A DNA stretch of 62,902 bases, counting the filler, from Octopus bimaculoides (Eukaryota), in NCBI RefSeq assembly GCF_001194135.2. It is 4 parts of 4 records of this genome, joined end to end, with 100 filler letters (N's around TTAATTAATTAA, not from the genome) between each part and the next. Parts side by side here need not be neighbours in the genome. Positions count along the whole stretch, not along the records: positions 48,850 to 62,902 come from NC_068991.1; 3 more parts are not named here. One strand, given 5' to 3'. Shown piece after piece: positions 53,078 to 62,902 of the stretch (position 1 is the stretch's first letter; each line of letters starts with the position of its first letter). A model generated the notes under the pieces. The model was given only the letters and a program-made list of their open reading frames with translations, made no database searches and was not told where the DNA came from. The translations under genes and the position numbers were made by a program.

Positions 53078-53245
53078 CTTTCTGATTAAGGCACAAGGCT
53101 AGGCAGTTTCGCCGGCAGGGGTTTAGTACATACCATCGATTAATCTAGTACTTGAGTGGCACTTAATTTTATCGATCCCGGAGGGTTGAAAGGCATAAGT
53201 TGACCTTGGCGGAATTTGAACTCAGAATGCAAAGAGCTTGAACAA
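52268..53245. mobile_element. Cluster of four SINE family A copies (-,+,-,-) separated by (AAT)n arrays
   Basis: Copies at about 52268-52345(-), 52530-52740(+), 52800-53010(-) and 53085-53245(-). Confidence 0.88.
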
Positions 53246-53559
53246 ATAAATAAATAATAATAATAATAACAATAATAATAATAATATAAATTTATAAGGA
53301 CAACAAAAATGAGCAAGTAGAACTACAATGGAGAGCAAGAGACGGCAGACACCAAAGTTAGCGATACAGTGAAATAGGTGTCGAAGTGGAGGCCATTAAC
53401 TGCCGCTCTTCTTACTTCTTATAAATAATATACCAATCAATGTAACATCTGAATATATTTAAATAATTTTTATGAATCTATGAATGAAATTAATTTCTGC
53501 TTTAACACTTTAATAATCGACCAGATTTCACAGCCACCTCGTTTCTACATTAGTGCATA

Positions 53560-53710
53560 CCTCACCTCACTTCACCTCACCTCGCCTCATCTCACCTCAC
53601 CACTCCACTCCACATAGCTGCTATTTCACCAGTATACACCACCACCACCACTACTACTACCACCACCACCACCACCGCCGCCGCCGCCGCCGCCGCCGCC
53701 GCTACCGCCG
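53560..53710. repeat. (CACCT)n, (CAC)n and (CGC)n GC-rich microsatellites
   Basis: Direct reading. Confidence 0.9.
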
Positions 53711-54130
53711 CAGTCAGTGCCATCATGTTCTTCCACTTCCACGCCATTACTTGCGATTATGCTAGCGAAAATGGCTTCTGCTCTTCTTTTGTGTTGTTTC
53801 CTAAAAGCCTCCAAGGCTGTTTCTGTTCTAAATTGCTGAGATGATATTAAAAATACGATACACTCATATCGTATAAAGACGACAAGATTTCCCCACTTAA
53901 TAACAACTTAATAGATAAGCGAATTCGTAATTATCCGGGGTCCAAATATTAGATTAGTATTCGCTAGATTACAAATAGACCCTTAAGGTCTATTTGTGGT
54001 GGTCAGATAGATAATCTATACATTTATGTATGAGTATGTATGTATGTATGTATTTGGTGGATATTTGTTCAATCGACATGTTTGAGGGTGTATTTGTTTT
54101 CCTGTATGTGTGTGTGTGTGTGTGTGTGTA

Positions 54131-54171
<41 letters not shown>

Positions 54172-54273
54172 AGGAGAATTAAAGATGTGCATGGGTATAT
54201 CTATGGGTCTCATGAACAAACATTCGTGTGCATGTATATGTATATGCGTGTATATTTTGTGTGCATGCGAAAG

Positions 54274-54305
<32 letters not shown>

Positions 54306-54323
54306 TATCAGTATGTATAAGCA

Positions 54324-54360
<37 letters not shown>

Positions 54361-54973
54361 CAGTATGTATAAACATGTGTGTGTGTCTATATATATATAT
54401 ATATACATATTTATATGTATTTGTATATATGTATGTATATGTATATGTATGTATACGTATATGTATGCATGTATATATATGCATATGCTTATCAATAATC
54501 TATCTATCTATCAGTCTGTTTATATATATATATATATATATATGTATACTTAGACACACACACTCTCACACACACACATATATAAATATATATGAATGGA
54601 TGGATGGATACATGCATACTTTGAGATACATAAGCATCTGTTTCTATTGGTATAAAGATAACTGTATGGCAATATGTTTAAGCTATGTTAATATTCTGAA
54701 TCAGGTGACAGATTATGGCTTATAGGGAGGTGTAGAAATATACAATTGTACATACACGTGTGGCTATATACTTCAACATCTATTCATGTATGTATGTATG
54801 CATGTATATATGTGTGTATGTATGTGTGTATGTATGCATCTCTCTCTCTCTCTATCTGTCTCTCTATCTCTCTATTTGTCTCTGTACTGCTACTTTTCTG
54901 CATATACAAGTACGAACCTGTACAAATTTACTCTCACACACACACACACATGTACTCACGCACGCACACACAC

Positions 54974-55005
<32 letters not shown>

Positions 55006-55653
55006 TCATACACACTCAAAGAGTAAAGACTAATTTAGAACAAATGTGTTTATGTGTTTAGTATGAATATGTATGATTATGTGTATGCCTATTACACACA
55101 CACACACACACACATACACACACACGCACACACAAAGCATGCACACACACGCACACACAAAGCATGCACACACACACACACACAACTATAGTCACGTGTA
55201 CCATGCCTTAACAGCATATTCTAAGCAGCTCAAAATTACAATCTGAATATTGTAAACATCAATGTAGATGGAGTGTGTCGTATTATTAGGTTTAAATTAA
55301 ACTGCAACTTATTAATGCTTACAATCATTTACATATATTACTTAACTAAGTGCTTAATTATAGCATTTTAATTGGACACGTTCAGCTTAATGTAAAATAC
55401 GATCTGGGACAATTTACATAGATTATCGAACGATACTGCATACTCTCCTTATCGTTGGTTGCCATTATGAGGTTTTGATGTTCATGCCGGTCCGGTTTGC
55501 GTTACTGCGAGTCACTTGAAACTGAAAGAAAGACACAGAAGGCAGGTTCTATAGATATACAGTTCTAAATGGCACAATGGTATCAGTATTATTACTATAT
55601 GTCTATACTACAGTATTGTTCCTATTAGTATATCTACGTTAAGTAAGGTATAT

Positions 55654-55915
55654 GTGGAGGCGCGTGGCTTAGTGGTTAGGGTGTCAGCATCATGATCGTA
55701 AGATTGTAGTTTCGATTCCTGGACAGGGCGACGCGTTGTGTTCTTGAGCAAAACACTTCATTTCACGTTGCTCCAGTCCACTCAGCTGGCAAAAATGAGT
55801 AACGCTGCGATGGACTGGCGTCCCGTCCAGCTGGGGAACGCATACGCCATTGAAACCGGGAAACCGGGCCCATGAGCCTGGCTAGGCTTTAAAAGGGCGC
55901 ATTTATTATTATTTA
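55654..55915 (+). mobile_element. Full-length tRNA-headed SINE with a CORE/V-like central domain and a 15 bp TSD
   Basis: TSD TTAAGTAAGGTATAT at 55639-55653 and 55916-55930; A box TGGCTTAGTGG; B box GTTTCGATTCC; (ATT)n tail. Confidence 0.93.
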
Positions 55916-56439
55916 TTAAGTAAGGTATATAGATTGCTTTTCGGTAATAATACTGCTTCTGCCGCTAACAACAAATAATTGAAACATATTGCTGACAAAT
56001 GGAATTCGTCGCTAAAGAACACGAAAGCTCAACTAGAGTAAGTCTGCCACCCTCGCTGTCATACACCATCATCAACGTCAACCCACGGACATCACAGTCT
56101 CGTGTTCTTACACTCATAAGACCAGTTACTCGGCTTCCATAGTTACTGAGAACACGACAGTCTCTCTCAGGATCACATATATGCATATAAAAGAGACACC
56201 TATACACATATAAAAAAATGATGGATCTCCATCAGTTTCGACGCTGAACTGTCACTTGTATTTAACTATGCTTTGTATTGAATTAAATATATTTTAGGGA
56301 ATAAATGATGGATGAATTTATTTATTAAAACTTGTTAAAACTTCAGAAGTTCTTACAGCTTTGGTCGTCGAAATGCTTTGCTTTCCTTTGTTTAATAAAA
56401 AGTTATCCTCCTAATGATTTTGCGTTGATTTTGTTACAC

Positions 56440-56804
56440 TAATATATGACAGCTATCATGCAGAAAATGCCAGCTTCCAAATCTTGTTTTCTGATTAGGT
56501 AAAATTGATTAAACTTTGAACCTCTTACTGAGAACGTTGTACTCCCCTCCCCTGATACCAATCGCAGTCACTACGCTACTACATTTCCCTGAGACTAATA
56601 CTTTTTGCGCCCTTTTCATTTTATCATATTATTCCCCAACCCTACAAGGGGGCATATTATAGACTTTTATTGAAATCCAGTTAGCCTATTATTGAACTGG
56701 ATGTTAGTGTAACATGTATGCAAAGTTTGGTGAATATTGGTCTGCTGGTTTAGGCAGTAAGGTGGCAACAGACAAAGGGACAAAATTGCCATATATATAT
56801 ATAG
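56440..56804 (+). mobile_element. Possible Helentron-associated non-autonomous element (HINE/DINE-1-like) end
   Basis: CATGTATGCAAAGTTTGGTGAATATTGGTC...GGTTTAGG...ACAGACAAAGGGACAAAATTGCC-ATATATATATATAG resembles typical HINE termini (recognised from memory). Confidence 0.45.
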
Positions 56805-59053
56805 CACATAGCACTCCCTCTCTCCTTGACAAAGACGGAAGAGATCAATCAACCTTTCTAACACATACGGGCATTGCTCTCTACTTTAGAGCAACCTATT
56901 TTTTTTTTCGCTGGTGGAGCCCCAGCTTGGTCACAGCCTTAGGGTTGAAACATGTAAAAGAATAGAAGAATATATATAGTACTTGTTGCATGGGGGAAAG
57001 TGATAGCTCAATTTTTATCACTTTTTACCTTGTTGCTGCATCAAGTCTTTTTTTTTTTTCAAATATAGAGAAAACATTACACGAAGTCATTTTCCCAACA
57101 CCCTCTTAAAACGATTTTGTTTGCTTTTTGTTGAAATTTAAGTAGGAAATCCTTAAGCATCTTCTAATTCGTTAGCTATTAGACATTGAAATCACATAGA
57201 ACCCATATTATTAGGTTTCTATTCAACTCCAACGAAACGTAGATATTGATAGTTTGGGGACTGTCTCTAGTAGCACCGTCTGCAAAGACAGCTGTCCTAC
57301 GTGAAAACATTTCGATGACAGACATTCCACTAGAATAACAATAGACCTTTAACCAATGTTAAAATCCATTGTAACAATAAACAATATGATTGTAGTGAAC
57401 TCTATTAACCCACTTCGGAGCATAATGCCTTATCGCTTGAACTGCACTTTAAAACATTTGCTTTCTTTTGTCCTGTTAGTCACTACACAAATCACAGCTA
57501 AAATTGTTCGTTTCTTAACGGGTGGTTTACGGGTTTGGCCGAGATATAGTAGTTGTTATATTTTGAGAGGGGTTTATTTCGGTATTCTGTTTACTTGTTA
57601 AATATAAGGAGGGCTTTCTTAATTAGTTTACTGATTAAATAGTGATGTTGCTTGTTCTCATCCTGACGAGTGTTTCTCTTCTGATACACAATTATTTTGA
57701 TTCCAGTTCTGGTGACGGCTCATGCATGTATTGGTCTGCTTGCGTTAGTAGTTTCTATGTATGTGTTTGCGTATTTGTATATGCCATGCATATGTGTGCT
57801 TTCATATGTTTCATGTGATGGTTGTACATACAAATGCATAAATTCGTTTAAGAGCGCATACTTTTTAAAGAACCCGCAAACATCGAACAAATAGCATTAA
57901 AGAGCGAGCGTTACATAGAATTGGTGTTTGCTCATTCGAGAAGGAAGATGGACAATGATTCAATCATTGAACAAGGGAAACAAAAAGACACACACAGCAA
58001 TGTCATATCCTTTATGACTCAGATAAAGATTCACTCGGCAAACAAAAGCTAAATGCTGTTTGAATTTCAAGAACGATACGATCCGAAGTATGGCATCAGA
58101 AATATAATTACAACGAAGGAAGATAGATGAGAGATACCACTTAGAGGAATATTATCATGGTTACAGAAATAGAGAGACGATGTACAGTTATTAGATAGTA
58201 GCGAATAGGTATTGACTACAAAATGGCTGAATCAAAGTACCAAATATTTACTCGATAATCAAAAGTGGTTGATGTATAATATTCAAAACTGATGAGACAA
58301 ATACGTGTCTTCATTGCAGAATAGTTCTCACACTCTCTCACACTCTCTCTCCCTCCCCCTCTCTCTCCACGTATATATATATATATATATATATATNNNN
58401 NNNNNNNNNNNNNNNNNNNNNNNNNNNNNNNNNNNNNNNNNNNNNNNNNNNNNNNNNNNNNNNNNNNNNNNNNNNNNNNNNNNNNNNNNNNNNNNNNNNN
58501 NNNNNNNNNNNNNNNNNNNNNNNNNNNNNNNNNNNNNNNNNNNNNNNNNNNNNNNNNNNNNNNNNNNNNNNNNNNNNNNNNNNNNNNNNNNNNNNNNNNN
58601 NNNNNNNNNNNNNNNNNNNNNNNNNNNNNNNNNNNNNNNNNNNNNNNNNNNNNNNNNNNNNNNNNNNNNNNNNNNNNNNNNNNNNNNNNNNNNNNNNNNN
58701 NNNNNNNNNNNNNNNNNNNNNNNNNNNNNNNNNNNNNNNNNNNNNNNNNNNNNNNNNNNNNNNNNNNNNNNNNNNNNNNNNNNNNNNNNNNNNNNNNNNN
58801 NNNNNNNNNNNNNNNNNNNNNNNNNNNNNNNNNNNNNNNNNNNNNNNNNNNNNNNNNNNNNNNNNNNNNNATATATAGATATACATACGCACACACACAC
58901 ATACACACACGCACACACACACATATATATATATACGGTCCTAACGAGGTACCTCAATTTAAGTACCTAATTCAACTGAATCATATATATATATATGTAA
59001 TAGTAGAGGGTACCACGGATAAATAGCTAGCTAGCTAGCTAGCTAGATGGATG

Positions 59054-59107
<54 letters not shown>

Positions 59108-59546
59108 GTGACTAAGAATGATGATGAAGCAACGTCTGGCTCCTTGATTGCCAGTCTGTCATATAAATGTCTCACCAATTATGTATTGATACAGTGAGGT
59201 CAAAGGTGAAGATTGAAATGTCAAGGTGAGATTTGTCAGCATTTTAGTAGCAATATGATGACGGCTGTGAAGGCAGATCTAATTGCTGTCGTGGTTGTGT
59301 TGCAGTAGGGGTCCTGGGTCATATTGGTTACTATCGGAGTGGTAATTATAGTAGGGGGATTGTCTGCAGTGATGGTTGTAGTAGAGGGTTGTGATAGAGG
59401 TGTTGGTGTTGTGGCTGGTGTCTGCAGTGCGGATTGTAGTAGTAGTGGTGTATAAAGAGATGCTTGTTGTGTGTGGTAGTGGTAGTATTTGTAGTTGTAG
59501 TGTATGGTACTGCTGGTGGGTTCAGTAGTAGTAGTAATAGTAATAG

Positions 59547-59985
59547 TGTGAAGGCGCATGGCTCAGTGGTTAGAGAGTTGGGCTTACAATCATGAGGTAG
59601 TGAGTTCGATTCCCGGATCGGGCTGTGTGTTGTGTTCTTGAACAAGACACTTGACCTCTCCCTTTGCTTTACGTTGCTTCAGTTCACTCAGCTGTGGAAA
59701 TTAGTTGCGCTGTCACTGGTGCCAAACTGTATCGACCCCTTTGCTTTTTTCCCTTGGATAACATCGGTGACATGGAGAGGGGAGGATGGTATGCATGGAT
59801 GGCTACTGGACTTGTGCCTCGGAGGGGAATTTTCTATGTGCAATCCCATGGTCACATATCTTGGATTTACGTTAATGGTACGAGTGTTTGTGGTATACTC
59901 AAATACTTATACATTAATTTAATGAATATGTATTTCAATTGATCGAATAGCCGAATCCTCGTCGTCGAAATCGAATCCAAGTCCA
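59547..59985 (+). mobile_element. tRNA-headed SINE related to the 55654 and 45782 families
   Basis: GTGAAGGCGCATGGCTCAGTGGTTAG head, GAGTTCGATTCC B box, TGTGTTCTTGAACAAGACACTT central motif. Confidence 0.8.
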
Positions 59986-59998
59986 TTTACTTGACTTA

Positions 59999-60122
<124 letters not shown>

Positions 60123-61195
60123 TACGTATCTTTTTATTACACCACTGCGTAAGTAAATAAACTCAAGATAAGACTATCAGGTAGGAAAGTCACTACACGT
60201 GTCAGTAAAGAAGATACGTCAATCATTAAATGTTTATAAACGGTGATCAGGACAGAATGAACGACCGTTAAATCTATAATACAACAGTGGTTTTGTTGAT
60301 GTGGTTATGAGAAAGAACTGCTGGAAGATAGGGGTGTTTCAGCTTAGCCAGATGTTAAGTCGTATCACAATATAGTAACACCTGTTGATATTAATGCGTT
60401 GTCGATATTTCTCCCTGCAACACACGTCTCTGCATATTTACTATGTAATTTATACTCTTCTAGACTTTTGCTCTTATATTTGTCTCAATCGATGGACTGC
60501 AGCTAAGCTGGGGGGCCCCGCCTTAGAGATTATTTTAGAGGTTATCATGTTGCCTTCAGAACTGTTTATTTTAAAGTTTGCTACTAATTTTGTCGATTTT
60601 CTTTTGTTTATTTTAATTATTCATTCTTCTTTGATACACTAAATTTACGGACGTAAATATACAGCACCATTTTTAAGCGACGTCACTGTATAAAACAGCA
60701 AAAAACAATCAGAAATACACAATCTATGTCAAACATGGGGCTGTATCATTCGAATACAGTGAACTTCCAGATTGCCGACAGCCATTTCAAGAGAAGGCAG
60801 ACGGTAGGTCCAAACCGTAGAAGCGAGTTAAATACGTGGAGATGAATACTCTGTTCCACAGAATAACAGAAGTATGCTTCACATTTCAAACTCGTAACTA
60901 TAGATAGAGACATAAGTTAGAACATACAATGATGAGTCTTAATACGAAAATTTTTGATGATAAAGCATTTAATCGTTTTTTTTCTATTCCAGCAACACCG
61001 TTTCGTCAACTTCGCTGTTAGGGTTTTCTTTATTCTTTATAGTTATTAGTTTCATGTAGTTGCATATCTACTGCCTACGCCATACTTAATAGCACTGTCC
61101 TACAATCTAGAATATACGCATGAACATATTTGTGAGTGTCTGTGTATGTATGCTTACGTGTCTTTATATATATATATCTTCCTATAAAATATTAG

Positions 61196-61336
61196 ACTTC
61201 TTCCAAGAATCAAAGGTCTTTCGCCAGAGTTTGGACAGCAGTATTACATGCTGCACTTTACAATTTCTGAGATACCGCACTCATGTAGCAAAATTACAGG
61301 TGTCAGTATTGGTGGTGCTCTTATTATCAATGACAG
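61196..61336 (+). CDS. Candidate coding exon xLLPRIKGLSPEFGQQYYMLHFTISEIPHSCSKITGVSIGGALIINDR; weak similarity to the iGluR amino-terminal (LIVBP-like) domain
   Basis: Acceptor ...ATTAG, donor CAG|GTATAA, 141 nt (47 codons, phase 2-2); this frame differs from the listed ORF; aligns loosely with GluK YYHYIFTTLDL...YSGVNMTGFRILN. Confidence 0.42.
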
Positions 61337-62218
61337 GTATAATATCTAACAGTAATTCTGCGTACTTACATATATATATATATATATATANNNNNNNNNN
61401 NNNNNNNNNNNNNNNNNNNNNNNNNNNNNNNNNNNNNNNNNNNNNNNNNNNNNNNNNNNNNNNNNNNNNNNNNNNNNNNNNNNNNNNNNNNNNNNNNNNN
61501 NNNNNNNNNNNNNNNNNNNNNNNNNNNNNNNNNNNNNNNNNNNNNNNNNNNNNNNNNNNNNNNNNNNNNNNNNNNNNNNNNNNNNNNNNNNNNNNNNNNN
61601 NNNNNNNNNNNNNNNNNNNNNNNNNNNNNNNNNNNNNNNNNNNNNNNNNNNNNNNNNNNNNNNNNNNNNNNNNNNNNNNNNNNNNNNNNNNNNNNNNNNN
61701 NNNNNNNNNNNNNNNNNNNNNNNNNNNNNNNNNNNNNNNNNNNNNNNNNNNNNNNNNNNNNNNNNNNNNNNNNNNNNNNNNNNNNNNNNNNNNNNNNNNN
61801 NNNNNNNNNNNNNNNNNNNNNNNNNNNNNNNNNNNNNNNNNNNNNNNNNNNNNNNNNNNNNNNNNNNNNNNNNNNNNNNNNNNNNNNNNNNNNNNNNNNN
61901 NNNNNNNNNNNNNNNNNNNNNNNNNNNNNNNNNNNNNNNNNNNNNNNNNNNNNNNNNNNNNNNNNNNNNNNNNNNNNNNNNNNNNNNNNNNNNNNNNNNN
62001 NNNNNNNNNNNNNNNNNNNNNNNNNNNNNNNNNNNNCTACTCCGCGTTTCGAAGGTAAAGACAAGACGCGACTTCGTTAAAACAGTCCTTCCCGCAAAGC
62101 AAATTAAATAGAATTTGGGATTTTTTTGCGGTGGGCGAAAGTGTTAATAAAAACAGGACAGTGAGAACAAGACTGTAAAAACAAACGGTGAGGGCTGTTA
62201 TCCTTTTTCAAGTAAGTT

Positions 62219-62220
<2 letters not shown>

Positions 62221-62292
<72 letters not shown>

Positions 62293-62305
62293 GTCTGTCT
62301 CTATA
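62221..62305. repeat. (ATCT)n microsatellite
   Basis: Direct reading. Confidence 0.97.
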
Positions 62306-62902
62306 TATATGCACCCACACAATCCGGTTTAAATGACACTAATTTGTCTCTGCTTTGTCGTTGAGGCATCACACGCTGAACTTGTCAAGATATCAGTATA
62401 AATCTATACCATTCATATACAAGGTTATGAAAAGAAAAAAAAAAAGGGAAGACCTCAAAGGAAAACGACATATTCACATACTCTGACGACATACTTTGAC
62501 ATCATAAACACACACTCTCTCATACTTCCACACATATATATATGTATTCACTTGTGTAGTTAAAATTGATTATAAATATACAATAGTGTATAAACTATAC
62601 AACTCATTAGAATAACATTTAGAAGGCGTAACTTTCCAGCCTGATTACTAAGTTCACCACAGATTTATGCACAGACATCGACATACATAGACAGAAAAAG
62701 AACAGCACAAATACAAGCATATAGAGCCGATTAGAGAGGGTGGCAACTATCTTATTCATGAGGAAAAATGTGAGAATATATTTAAAGAAAAAAAATTACG
62801 TATTGGCAGACGCTTTTCTTTAAAAAATTTGGGCGGTAGGTATAGTTGTGTAAGTGTATATTTGTGTGTGTTTATGTGCGTGCGGGCGCGAGCATATGTG
62901 TG

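Noticed and set aside
53626-53814. Poly-Gly/Ser ORF
   Set aside because: It derives from (CAC)n/(CGC)n repeats.
57900-58200. Possible RTE-type RT C-terminal relic
   Set aside because: Similarity is too weak and fragmented to support a call.
60925-60955. ATGATGAGTCTTAATACGAAA, and the minus-strand CTTCGAAACGCG at about 62045
   Set aside because: The cores are mutated and the stems too short to call a ribozyme.

Overview
Strongly AT-rich, microsatellite-dense eukaryotic DNA with many N gaps. The repeat families resemble those of Octopus or another coleoid cephalopod (inference from remembered repeat sequences, not a search). Most of the window is intronic or intergenic. It holds at least three tRNA-headed SINE families and decayed LINEs (Dong/R4-type REL elements, L1/Tx1, CR1-like). 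It also holds Penelope-like elements, a ~1.3 kb mariner, a hAT transposase remnant and a degenerate tRNA-Arg(UCG). Almost all ORFs in the supplied track are microsatellite or N-gap artefacts. A few short GT-AG-flanked + strand segments may be exons of one large gene; the best (61196-61336) weakly resembles the amino-terminal domain of an ionotropic glutamate receptor. The most notable observations are: a near-canonical type I hammerhead ribozyme motif at the edge of a palindrome at the window start; several long fold-back structures (a 284 bp near-perfect palindrome and a 747 bp MITE); a Dong LINE apparently inserted in the poly-Asn (AAT)n tract of an older Dong ORF; a tRNA-Arg head abutting a LINE 3' tail; and three artificial 100 bp scaffolding spacers. 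TE boundaries are approximate unless a terminus or TSD is given, and all alignments and mismatch counts were done by hand.
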